NCBI RefSeq assembly: GCF_009914755.1
Contig: NC_060928.1
DNA: 64,000 nt
From: the human T2T-CHM13v2.0 reference genome, Homo sapiens
Direction: 5' to 3' (one strand)
Shown here: piece by piece, positions 39,876 through 53,759 of the stretch
Layout of the letters: every line of letters begins with the position of its first letter
How positions within the stretch are numbered: the stretch's first letter is position 1
The notes under the pieces: model-generated
What the model was told of the DNA's origin: nothing
The model's input: only the letters and a program-made list of their open reading frames with translations
Database searches by the model: none
Translations under genes and position numbers: made by a program

Positions 39876-42800
39876 TGGAAGTTCTTTTTTGAAAAAGCAC
39901 AAGGTCACTACTTAGATTTCTATCCACACAGCCTAGTGGACATGGAGATAAGACAGTGAACGCTTTCCAGGATTTTATCATTGGCATTGGCTTATGGTTG
40001 ATAATTTTATTATTTTCATCTATAATATTACTAGAAACATGAAATAATATAGTCATGAGTAGGATTTTATACCCAGATCTTTTAGTGGATTCCAGTGTTA
40101 AATCCTAGGCAAATGTGAAGCTTGTTATTTTAATTTTTTTTTTCTTTTCTGAGCAACTGTTCTTAAATGCATTTGTGGCATTTGTTTTGGGTTATTAATT
40201 GATGAATAGATACTGTTTCAGCCATTACTGTATGTTACTTTTACATAAACTGTAAAAGTACATAAGTTGTTATACATCGATGGAAGCAGACATCTAGACA
40301 ACTACAATGTGATTTGTTTCTGGGCAGAATTTTTCTATCGCCAAATCTACTTTAATTTGAAATTTTAAGACAGTAGTCTATAGATCATACAAAGTACCTT
40401 TCTCATACTTTTGCTTTCCTGACGTTTGTCTTCTGCTTTATTATTTTTCTTCTTATTCTATTTCTGCAGTATTAGGTGGGCAAGAGAAGATATTTTCAGA
40501 TCTTTCAGATTCATTTAAAGTGCAGCTGTCTTCCACCCTCCATTGCTGGTTCATAGAGCAGAAAGAACACCAGCCAGCCAGCAGCTGTTAAAAAGAAAAC
40601 GAAAAAAAAAAAAGTGACTGAAGAAAAACAGCAGTTTTGAAAACCATAGAAAAACATTTGTCATAATATTTTAAATTAAAAGAAAAAAACCAGGCCAATG
40701 TTTCCAAGACTAGCTTAGGGTGAAATAATAATTAAGACCTTCTGAATTGTGCTTTTTGGCTTATTATTCCCACATGTGGATCATCCTGAAACAATGATTT
40801 CTTGGAGGTTTGAGTAAGTTTTATATGTGGTTGAGTTTAGGAGGAGTCACAGGTGATTTGCCCCATGTGGGAGTGCCCGGTGGCCTTGCTGGATACTTGG
40901 AAAAAGGAGAGAAATAGAAGAGGATGGTCGGCTTATGTAATGATCTCAGGCTGATTAATTTGGTTTTACTTTCAGCCTCTTTGGTGCTAGATATCAAAAG
41001 GCCAGAGAACAGACCAGAGATTGCTTTCTCTCAAATATATGTTCTATCCCCTTGCCATTTTCCCCTTAAAATGAAAATGTTCTCCGGAAAGACTAAGCAT
41101 CATGACTAATAAGCATGAATTAGCCAGATCATCAAACCTCTGCCCTGATATTTGGAAAAATGAGATTTGTTTGGGGAGGAGATGGGGAAGCAACAAGGGT
41201 TTATTTGTTTTTGAAGAAGCAGAGCTGGAGGATTTGGAGCAGCTGTAGGGTGGATACCATGAGCACTGTGGTAAAAATCTAAGAGGGCTTGCAGAATAGT
41301 AGAGCTAAAACCCCCACATTTTGTTAATTTGCCAGTTTGGCTGGGGATTGGTGTAGTTGTTTGATACTGGTGCTGAATCTAGTTTGAATGTCTGCATGCA
41401 GACTCGTTTCCTCTGGGTTTGGGCTGGGGTGGGTTGGGCTGAGCTGGGCTGAGCTGGGCCAGGCCTCCTGGTGTATGGGAGATGGAGAGATAATCACTTG
41501 CTGCTTACCCACTCCACTTTTCTAATTATCATTGCCCTCAGTCCTCAACAGGATTTCTCTAGCACTGAAGCCTGACCATAATACTCAATTGCAGGTCTGC
41601 TCCACATAAAACTATGTAACTAGAGGTAAGTGTAATTTCCTTGATAAAAGATCTAGGGTGTTGGAAACACATTCTGTGGCTTAAATCAAGATTTAGGTCA
41701 ACAAAGGAGTGTTTGGCAATTTTCCTCCAGTTCTCTAAATTGTAATGTTCATGCTCTGGAATCTTAGCAGGTTTTAAAAATGGAAGATCAGGTTTATATT
41801 CTGCTATATCACTACCCTGGTTCTAAAACAGCTCTCCAAGAGATGCTGCTTTTCTTAGTTCTTTATTCTTTCGCATGAGAAAAGACATTTTTTTATCTAA
41901 ATTGTGGCCTGGCGTGGTCTGGCTTATGTGGTCGCACATCACCTTCACTTGACTAATTGCCCAGTGGCCTGTCTGGGATGTTCAGTGAGAATAAAGTAAA
42001 AGAAGAGTGATTTTATAAGGAGCATTTGGACAGCTTATTGTAAACTAAAAATAAACATATAAATAACAGAGTGAAATTGCCTTATATGTTTTTGCCTTTG
42101 TTTCCCTGTAGTTTCCCTATCAGTTCTAGCTAGCTAGCTTTGTAGCAGATTTTGCAGTATTTTTTGTGTGTGACAATACCTTTCTTTGAGCACCTGAAAA
42201 GTTTACCCAGGGTATGGTGGTGTGCTTGACAGATATTTAAGTAAGATGATCAACTTGGGAGAAAAGTTGTGGATAAATGTCTATTCACATATAACTTACA
42301 GCTTTTAAATAGGAAAAATAATAGCTAATCTTAAAATGTTATTTAAGAGAAAACTGATGGGAGCATGTCACAAGGACCCAGAGGCCAGCTTGTGACAAAT
42401 CTGAGACAATTTGATCAACGGAATAATTAAGGACAGAAGTGAATTATAAACCACTGGGAGAAAAACAGGAATCCATGCTGAAGATGAATGGGGGAGAAGG
42501 AAAAGGCTCTTGCTCACAGTAGAATGCCATTGCCAACCAGTAAATGTGGAGTTCTTTAGGATATTCTGGACAATAAGGCCATTTAAAGGAGATATTTATT
42601 TCTCTTTAGTAGTTAAAATATGATGGGAAGAATCTAGGGTTAGAAGGGCTGGATTGAATTTTGGCACTTGATAACTTTGACCTTGGGTTAGTCATTTGTC
42701 CTCTTTGAGCTTGTGTTTGCTAACCCATAAAATGGGGGAGTGGTTACATCTACTTTTCAGGTTGAGGATAAAGTTAATGCATGTGAAAAGGCTTTATGTA

Positions 42801-42973
42801 CTAATGCATTCTTGAAACAATATGACTGAAATAGTGATACAAGGAACATCACTTCTGTGTATCTTTCTTAGAATAGAAACAAAATTTGTAATGTAAGCAA
42901 CTTTTCATTAAACAGATATTCAGAAAAGGAATGATATTATTAGAATAAAATATTAATAAAGTTAAAATAGTGA

Positions 42974-43332
<359 letters not shown>

Positions 43333-43672
43333 CTATTCTCATTTAATTCTAACAACGACTGCCGGAAGATGGTACCAATGTGGCTACTGATATGTAGAAT
43401 TTGAGTAAATTTTTCACACAACTTGTATCTGGAAAGCCAGGATTCAAATTAAAGCCTAACTGCAAAATCCATGCTGCTAACCACTGTGCTATACTGCTTC
43501 CCAAAAGAAGTCTTTAATCAGTTTTCTCTCAACAAAAAGGAGGGGCATCCAGAGTTTTTGGTAGTAGAGAATGTGATCATATGTGCACCAGCTGCATGAG
43601 TTTTGGATTGCGAGTCCACATCTGCCCTTGAAGTGTTTATGGAGGCTTCTGTTTATTTCCCATTGATCAGTA

Positions 43673-43868
43673 ATTTTTTTTTTTTTTCGAGACAGAATCC
43701 CACCCTGTCACCCTGGCTGTAGTGCAGTGGCGCAACCTTGGCTCACTGCAACTTCCACCGCTCCCCGCCCCGGCCCCGGCCCTGGGTTCAAGTTATTCTC
43801 CTGCCTCAGCCTCCCGAGTGTCTGGGACTACAGGCATGCACTACCACTCTCGGCTAATTTTTTTGTTT

Positions 43869-43908
<40 letters not shown>

Positions 43909-44351
43909 ACACATATATTTTTTTTTTTTTTGAAATTGAGTCTCACTCTGTCACCAGGGCTGGAGTGCAGTGGCACGATCTTGGCCCACTGCAACCTCCA
44001 CCTCCTGGGTTTAAGTGATTCTCCTGCCTCAGCCTCTTGAGTAGCTGGGATTACAGGCGCCCGCCACTACACCCAGCTAAATTTTTGTATTTTTAATAGA
44101 GTCAGGGATTCACTATGTTGGCCAGGCTGGTCTCGAACTCCTAATCTTGTGATTTGCCCTCCTCAGCCTCCCAAAGTGCTGGGATTACAGGCGTAAGCCA
44201 CTGCACCCGGCCTAACTTTTGTATTTTTTAGTAGAGACGGGGGGTTTCACTATGTTGCCCAGGCTGGTCTCGAACTCCTGACCTCAAGTGATTCACCCAC
44301 CTTGGCCTCCCGGAGTGCCAGGATTACAGGCGTGAGCTACCGCGCCTGACC
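43673..44351 (-). mobile_element. AluS split at its middle A-rich linker by a second AluS (~43918-44212)
   Basis: Right arm ~43673-43865, (CA)n, complete inner Alu, then left arm resumes ~44213-44351. Confidence 0.88.
43871..43913 (+). repeat. (AC)n microsatellite at the inner Alu tail
   Basis: Read directly. Confidence 0.95.
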
Positions 44352-44619
44352 ATAATGTTCTTTATTAGATACCAAGTATCTCATTTTCGTGGAATATATT
44401 TAATTGCATCAAATATAAACTCAGAATGAGCTGAATATAATTAATTCAGCTGCAGTTACAAATTAAAGATGCCTGGGTGACACCTAGGTTAATCATTTAC
44501 ATATCAATCGTGCAATAGATGAATAGACACCATAGGCTAACTGCTCTTTGTGTAATGACTACCTCTTACTGTGTGCTTATGGAACTTTGTTAAAACTAAC
44601 TTGTGCAACGTTGAGAGAC

Positions 44620-44860
44620 ACCATAGCACGGTGGCTAAGAACTTGGACTGCAGTGCCAGGCTGCCTAGGTTTGAATCCTGTCTTCCCTGGTTATTGGTGA
44701 TACATTCTCTATCTCATTCTCTATATCTCATTTTCCACTTTTATAAAGTAGAGGTAATGTAGTACCTAGGATCAGAGTTGTTCAGAGGATTCAATGAGTT
44801 AATATCTGGTACAGCTTGGTATGTGGCACTTGGTACACACATGTATAAGCACCATATTAA
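44620..44860 (+). mobile_element. MIR
   Basis: catagcacggtggctaaga..ctgcctaggtttgaatcctg..ttgttcagaggattcaatgagttaata. Confidence 0.75.
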
Positions 44861-47800
44861 AAGAAAATCTGAGAAGTACTATTATTCCTATTTTATTATT
44901 AAAAGTGAGGTTTAAATAGTAAATTGCCCTAGTTAATCGGCTAGTAAATAAGCAGAATTTCCAATTTTGGAACTGAGAAACTAAAACCTGCTTCTGACTG
45001 TTACTATACTTCATGTGTGGCTTTTGAAGGTATTTTTTTTTCTCCTGATGTTTTTAGGTTATACCCTGAAGTTTTTTTCTACCTCTAACAACTCTCGAAG
45101 TCTCTAATAACAGAGCACCTTCCTTCTGTGGAAGTAAAGCAGATAAATACTTGGCAAAAGAAAGGAAACTACCAGGGTGAAAGTAGGAAGAGAAAAGACA
45201 GAGAGGGAACTAGGTTTGACAAACTGCTGTGTGCCACCATTCTTGATTCTCAGAGTGCTGTTAAGGGCTTGCTATCCCTTTGGGGAAACTGAGGTGGGAA
45301 TTTATGCCACCTAAATTCATACAGCTAAGACCGTGGGCTATCTTGATCCCAAGCCAGTGCTTTTTCCATGACAACATGCCTCTTGACCAAAAAAACTGGG
45401 CCCTGTAAATTTTCTGTAAGCTTACTATAAGGCCATGCCAGCCTTTTCCATGTCATTTGGATTTATATCTGTATACTGTCAAAGAATCAGGACCAATACT
45501 GTGTAGAGTTTTTTGTAAGTGAAAGGGATGATCTCTAGAAATTTGACTTAAGATGAGAAAAATTGAAGTTCAAGTTCCACAGCTACTTAGAGACATAGAT
45601 AGGGCCAGACACCTAGCTCTCTTGCCAATGCATGTAGTAACCATTTGTCTTCCTGTACCTAGGCTGTATTCACCCAGAATTGCTGAAGGTTTTGACTTGT
45701 TATATCTGGGATGAGGTATAAGAATCTGCCTTTTTAAATAAGTATCTAATTCAGGTGCAAAGAGTCTGAGGGCTGAACTTTGAGAAAGACTGGTTTATAT
45801 GAACCCACTTATAGTAGACAGGTCAGGAATAGCAATACAATTTACAAACATATTGAAAAAACATTCATTCTGGACCTATTAGGTGCCAGACACTGGCACC
45901 TATTTCCTTTCAAAAGAAAGAAAATCAGTTCTACCCACAAAGGCATTACAGTCCAGGTGAAGTAAAGTCAACTTAGCAATAAAATGTTGCAGATGCTACA
46001 ATGAAAGTCTGTGTAGGGCACACTGAGGCATAGGGAGGAATTCTTTTCTACCAGGGGTGGATAGAAAGACCGGGAAAGGCACCATGGGAGTGCTGTTAGA
46101 ACTGAGACTTGGAAATATGGCCAAGTGAGCAAAGGTGCAGAAGTATGAAACTAGCAGATGAAAACTGCAAAAAGCCACAAAGATAGGTTGAAGCAGGAAT
46201 CTGAACTAGGTTATGGAGTCATAGCAGACGTTCTGTGGGTGCCCAGAGAAGGTATTTTTCAAGAAAATAATCTGTGGTATACAAAAAGAATCATTGGCCT
46301 GGCATTATCTAGGAAGTTGGATTCTCAGAAGTTGAGTTAGATTTAGGTGATTTTTAGGTAAATTTAGTGGCTTTTGTTTAATGCTTTATGATATTGTTGA
46401 ATGAAATTCATTTATCTATGTCAAATTATGTTCACATCTTTGTCTTTTAATATATTTGTACTTGAGTAACTATACTCCCAGAAAGTAAATACTACCGTGT
46501 TGCTACCTTTAGGCAAAACTATCATACCTTTTAAAAAGATCTTGCCCCCAAAAAAACAAACAGAAGGATGGAAAAAGAATTTAAAAAACAACTTCCACAG
46601 TCTCTTTCCAGTTTTATAGTACTGAGTGATTGTCTAGTGGTTATGAGCAGACCTTGATTCACATCCTGGCCCTCAATTAGCAGCTGTGTGACCTTGCATG
46701 GGTTACTTAGCTAGGCTGAGCCTGATCCTTCACCTGTAAAACAGAGATAACTGCTGTGAGGATTTAGTGATAGACACTTTTCCCAATGGGCAAGGACAGT
46801 GTCTGTCCTGTTGACTCATACCTGCAGTGCCCTGCATGATGGAGGCATATATGGTACCCAGTGAACCTTATATTATAGACCCTCCGTACTATCACCTCAT
46901 CACCAATAAGCAGACAAAAAAGTGCCACCACTCAGGGGTTTAGGCTGTTATATATTTTCATTAAAATTTAACCTCTATTGAGGTTCCAAGAATCATTTCT
47001 TCAGCGTAAAGTTTCCCTGACATATGCTGAGGTAAGGAATTTTATTTCATAAATGTGTATACTATTAATTTTAAGTGTTCTTACTCTTACCCTTTCCGGC
47101 ACTTCCTACTTGAAGTGTCTCTGTTTAGAAGGTCACTGAACACACTCTACTGGGGACATCTGTCTCGTGTAGGCATCATATTGGGCACAGCTGCTCTGGC
47201 AGCTTGCCCTCCCTTTCTCACAAGAATTGCTGCAGCTGACTGGCTCTGGGGCCATTCTGTCCCTAGCCCTGGGCCTCCTTTCTGCTTGTAGGTGGCCTCA
47301 CTGAAATGTCCTGAGATTCAACTTAGATGCCATCTGGGGCTGAGCTTTGGACATTACAAAACTCCAGGTGTACATGAGCAGCATTCTCATCCATCAGAAG
47401 ACTTGCAGAATTTAGAGCAGGAAGACCCTGTGGAGAGCAAGTTTCTTGCTCTTTTGTGTGAGGAAACTGAGTCCCTGAGACATTAAGTGATTGGCTCAAA
47501 GTCACAAAGGTGGTTACGGGAGTCAGGACTAGAACTAAGGTGTCTTGACTCTAACCTAAATGCCTTTACCACCTTCTCAGAACTAGAAAGCATTTCTGTA
47601 CTGCCAGGTAACAGGTAGCTTGTGTCCGTTACTTCTTTTTTTTTTTTCTGTTACTTCTATATGGGCAAACATATATCAGAACTCTCTTGCGTGTTTAAAA
47701 AAGAAAAAAGCTGCTTTCTCACGAACATTTGGTGGGTCACAGCCCACGTGGGGATTTGTCAGACTTTGTCTCATTACTAGACTACTTTACCACTGACAAC

Positions 47801-49071
47801 TTGGTGATAGAATTTCAAGCAGTACTTCAAAATCTTAAAAAAGCTCTCACATCTAGAGTTTACAGGAATCCTTTCCAGAGCTCAGCCCCTCTCTACAATT
47901 TTAACTGTTCTTTTTCATGCTTTTCCGTGTACCTTAGCAACGCTGAAAAGCTGAGTATAATAGCAGAATCACAAATATCTCTGAAACTTTTGCTTCCTGA
48001 AACATTCTTAGTTGGGTTTCCCTGTTGACTGGAAAAGGGATTTTATTTTTAACAGAGATGCACAGTTTGAAAAGCAGAGTTAACGTCACTGAGAAAAGGC
48101 AGAAATCTGAAGATTTTTTTCTCCTGAGAGAAAAGGAAAAGAGATCAGGAAAAGAAGATAGCTTCAGCCTTTTAAAGACATAACACAATTAGACATTTTC
48201 AAATGGGTGGAGAGGATTGGTGAAATCACCTAGGGGCGTTTTTTCAGAATATATTTGAGGGGTTAGGGTGGGAGAAAAGATTTGGGTTTTTACCAGAGTT
48301 AGAGCTCCTAGGATACAAGAAGGACATACATGGTCTGATTTTTAAATAACTCGGAAGAAATTCATGTGTACAAAGAAAGATGTTTTAACATTGGGCTCTT
48401 CTTTGAAAGCAGATTCTTATTCAAATTAACCAATAGGAGCAGCCCTTAAAGAGGGAAGTCCCACACTTTAGCCATATTTTGAAGTTACCAAACAAGGGTC
48501 ACCTTAGTGCACTAAGAAAGTGGTTCCCCAGAAAAGTCTACGTTCCCATATTTGTTTTCCATAAAATAGGAACAGCCCGAGACATAGAACAAGTCAGAGG
48601 GAAACACTGCTCACCCTCTCTCCCTTCCTATTGGTGATCTGAGTTGGGCCTGCAGTTTGCAAATCCTCATTCTTTAGGCTGGTAAATCTCTCACCCAAGA
48701 AATGAGAATTGCACAAAGAAAGTGTGCTTAAACATGAATAATTATCTGAATGTTTCTTCTTTCCTTTTTGCCTAATAGAAAACATATTTTAATTATTCTT
48801 TACTGAAATCTTGCTGAAATGAAAGGAGCATGAAGTGGGGGTAGAGCGAGAGACATCTGGGAGAGAACCACGCATTGTCCTTCAGGATTCCACACAGGGA
48901 GAGAGGCCTGGGCCTTGTTATTTTAGAGCAGCACGTGTGTGTAGGCTTAACCCAGCCTGACTAACTTCTATGTGTCTCCTCTCTGCCACATTAATACTTC
49001 TTTCTAGGGCTGGCAGCTGTTCCAGACCTGTCTCTTTACTTTCCTGAATTTAATTAGTCATCGCTTATAGT

Positions 49072-49521
<450 letters not shown>

Positions 49522-49589
49522 TTTGTTTTTAAAAAAGCAAATAAGGAAGTTTTTGTAAGTGCTGCTGTGGACCATGTGGTAGTAATTAC

Positions 49590-52500
49590 CAGTTAGAAGA
49601 TACATTGGAGAAGAAGCCTCATTTAATCTCATTGAAAATAGCAACAACTTGATAAATTTAACAAGAAATGTGCAAATCCTATATGTGGTGTTAGGAACTG
49701 AGTTGCATGCCCCAAAATTGATATATTGAAGCCCTAACCCCAAGCACCATAGAATATGACTGTTTTTGGAGATAGGGCCTTTAAAAGAGGTAATTAAATT
49801 AAATGAGACCATGAGCATGGGCCCTAATGCAGTCTGACTGGGGTCTTTATAAGAAGAGGGATGAAACATGCAGAGACCTCAGGAGAAAAGGCCATGTGAG
49901 TACACCCTGAGGAGGCAGCTGCCTGCAAGCCAAGAAGAGAAGCCTCAGGGAAACCAACCTGCCAACACTTTGACTTTGGATTTCCAGCCTTCACAGCAAC
50001 AGTGAGAAAATAAATTTCTGTTGTTTAAGCCGCCAGTCTATGGTATTGTGTTACAGCAGTGCTAGCAACTAATGCAGACAATACTTGTAGAACACAAAAG
50101 TAGGCTTGAACAGACCTTCCTACATCTTCAGAAGGGCATTTCAGCATCATCAAGATATTAATCTTTACTTAATTTATGTATATAATGTGACCTCAATAAA
50201 AGTATTAATAACTTTTTTTACCGGAGGTAAACAAGGTGATAACTGAAGTCATATGGAAAGCTTAAGCATGCAAACAAAACACTGAAAAGGAAGAACTGTG
50301 AGAGGGGCTGGCCCCTATCGGATATTAAAATCTCTATAAAGCCTTTATAATTAAAACAGAGTGGTACTGGGGCACAGACTAGAACAGGATGAAATGTAGT
50401 GGAATTAAATGTCTAAAAGACTCGAACATTTATGGAACTTTTTTAAAGCGGCAACTCCAATCACTGGGTCAAAGATGGGCTTTTAATGAATGGTGTTGGG
50501 GTTAACTGGCTAACCATTTAGAGAAAGATAAAATTAGATCCATTCCTCATACCACAAATAAAACTAAACTCCAAAGGGATCACAGAGCTAAATAAATTAT
50601 GAAACTTTATATGCACTAGAAGTATGCATGGATGAATTCCTCCTTATAATCTGGGTATAGGAGAAGGCTTTCTAGGACTCAAAAATAAATATGCAATAAA
50701 ATAATATGTTGATAAATGTGCCTACCAAAAAATATACATAAGTGAAAAGACAAATGATAGTCATGGTAAAATATCCACAACATATATCACAGGCTAGTAT
50801 CTCTAGTATGTTGTTTTTTTTAATGAAGGATGAAAATACCAAAAATGGGCAAAAGGCATAAGCCAACAGTTCAAAGAAAAAGATAGAAAAGCGCTGTCTG
50901 AAATACATGAAAAGATGATCAACTTTCACTATAAGAGAAATGTAAATTAAAATTGCACCAAAATGTCATTTGTCACCCATCAGGTTGTCAGGATTCAGAA
51001 GCTTGACAGACTCTATTCTGGAAGGTATGGGAAAAAGGCACTCCTATGTGACAGTGCAAAATGGTGCAACCATTGGAAAGGGGTACTTGACAATAACAAA
51101 GTTATATATACATTTACCCATTCACCCAGCATTTCCACATCTAGGAATTTGCCCTGAAGATACACCTTTGACAGTGCTACCATATATATGCACAGTCATT
51201 GCAGTATTACATTTTCTGGTAAAATATTGTGAAATACCTGAATGGCCAGATATGGGAGATTGTTAAATCACCTTTGGTGTTGTTATCTGTCAAACCACAT
51301 GAGGAAGACCTCTGTGCACTAATATGAAGTTTTTCTCATATATAGGTGAAAAAAGCAAAGTGCAAAAGAGCCTATATAGTAGGCTATCTTTCTTTTTAGC
51401 AGTAAAGACGAAATAAGAAAGCATCCATTTATCTGCTTGCTTTTTTCAAGAAGAAACACAGGATAAGCCAGAAAAAAATGAAATTGGTGACCCTAGGAGG
51501 ATGTTAAAATTGGAGGACTAAGTTAGAAGGGATGTGGTAGGGAGTATATTGTTTTGACTTTAAAATCATGTTAATGTTGATTTAATTTTGCTTTTTAAAT
51601 ACACACAATAAGAATGAGAGAGGGGAACTCCTAAAACTAAGCGCAAATAGCAACAGATATATTCAAATAAACTAACTGTGAAAGGGAGAAATTGAATAAA
51701 ATTTCAAAGTAATAAAATAACACTGAAGAGAAGAGAGGGATGAATCCAAGTAGATTTTGAATGAATTTGAATGAATCCAAGTTCTTAGTATACCAAAAAA
51801 AAAAAAAAAATTAAAGAGAATAAACCCAAAACTTGTCTTAGTAGGTTTATTTTATAATTTCTGAAATTTTTTCAGTGTATCGTAGAATTAAGCACATTCA
51901 TAAATATTTTGATGTTGGTAGCCAAGGTTCTCACTGTTGAAATAAGGAGATACAGATAGGAAATAGAGAAAGGCAAATGAAAACCCTGTGGAGTTGGCTT
52001 AACACTTGGATGTAACAGCATAACCCAATTTCCAGTACACACACGCACACACACAGGGCTTAGAATCAATGTGGCTCCAGTAGACATACAGAAGACAGCC
52101 AAATCCCAGATTTTGGTTTCTAAATACTATTCCTCACTAAAGGGAACCAGAGATTGCTGGAGTGGTGGAAAGGGAAGGTAAGAGATAAGCCTGGAATGTC
52201 TTGTTCCAGAAATTAAGAAATACTCAAATAATTGGAACATGTTACAAAGGCACAGGGACTAGCTTGAACAGGCACCCAATGGCCAAATCTAAGACAATAT
52301 GACCATCAAAATAGATAAAGATATTTATAGATTATAGCTCATTGATTAAGAATCCATGAAGCCATACTGATGACTGTTATATATAGGCATATAGACACAA
52401 GAGATGGAAAAGCACGTCTTCATATTAGAATTCTGACTAATAATGAAGGAATAATGGAGTTAAAGAAAATTCAGTTCACAACCATTATAGCAAAAATTTA

Positions 52501-53320
52501 TTCAAGCAAAATGGATGCTAAATATAGGGGATAAAGCTTGATAAGGAACAGGATATTTACACAGTCTCGTGGTATCTCTCACTACTTATTAATTACAAAA
52601 GGAAAGATAGAGACTGTCTACGGTGGAAGAAATGCACAATACCTTAACCAAGTGATCAGGATTAAACCTCAAACAGGCAGACACATCGTGTGCTTCTGTG
52701 CATGTGAACTGAGAAGGGAATGATACCACTTATCTAGTAGTCCAACCAAAAATCTCAGAGTTTAATCACGGGGAAGCATTAGAGGGACCCAAATTGATAA
52801 ACAGTCTGTAAAATAACTGCCTGTATTCAAAAATGTCAGTAGCATGAAAGCAAGAAGGAAAAAAGACGCTGAAGAACTATTCCAGATTACAGGACACTAA
52901 AGAAATATGACAACGAAGTACAATATGTGATTCTACCTTAGGTCCTGTATCAGGAAATTGCTACATAGGACATGGTTGAGACAGTTGACAGAGTTGGAAT
53001 ATGATTTTATATTAGATAAAATCATCAATGTTAAATTTCCCAAGTTTGATAACAAATGTGTATATGTAAGTTAATGTTCCTTTTGGGAGTTACTCTGAAA
53101 TGCTATAGGGTAAAGGGACATGTATGTTACCTGCTCTCAGATAATTCAGAAGAAGTGTATTTGTGTTCTAGGGCTGGGGAATGGAGGAGAGAGAATGAGT
53201 AAGTTAATGTGGCAAGATGTTAAAAATTGGTGAATCTGGGTAAAGGGTATTTGAGTGTTCTTTGTAGTATTGCAGTTTTTCTGTAAGTTTGAAATTATTT
53301 CAAAATAAGTTAAATTTTTT
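49590..53320 (+). mobile_element. Old L1M (L1MC-like) ORF2 3' region and 3' UTR
   Basis: A-rich strand; aatggtgttgggg..aactggctaaccatt..aaattagatcc; gaaatgtaaattaaaa; ends ttggtgaatctgggtaaagggta..ctgtaagtttgaaattatttcaaaataa. Confidence 0.78.
49685..50075 (+). mobile_element. MLT1 LTR nested in L1
   Basis: tgtttttggagatagggcctttaa..ctgcaagccaagaagaga..aataaatttctgttgtttaagcc..tatggtattgtgttacagcag. Confidence 0.82.
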
Positions 53321-53685
53321 AAAGTTCATAGAAGTTTTTATAACTGCCTCAAACTGGAAATAACCCAAGCATTGAGTTGGTTTTTTTTCCCCCAACCCAA
53401 GTATTTAGCAGCAGAAGATAAAATTGTATCATCAGATAAATTGTAGTTTATATATATAACAAGATGCTACACACACACAGCATTGGATGAGTCTCACATT
53501 TTGAGGAATACATATGCAGATTTTCAACTTGGGAAGCAGAAATACATTGCCCTTTGCTGTGGCTATTGCAAAGGCTAGTTCTTCCTCCCTCACTGCCCCC
53601 ATCTGCAAGTAGTAGGAACAAGTAAGTCCCCAGTTCTAAAACTGTTAGGAAACAAGAGCTGCTAAAACAGATGCTCCACTAAGTG

Positions 53686-53759
53686 TTAGGCTGGTGCAAA
53701 GTTGCTGCAGTTTTTGCCATTAAATGCAAAAACTGAAATTATTTTTGCACCAACCTTAA
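53686..53759. mobile_element. MADE1 mariner MITE (palindromic)
   Basis: ttaggctggtgcaaa..gcagtttttgccatt / aatgcaaaaactg..tttgcaccaacctt. Confidence 0.88.

Noticed and set aside
44429-44451. 8-bp-stem palindrome agctgaat..attcagct
   Set aside because: Too short to be significant in 64 kb
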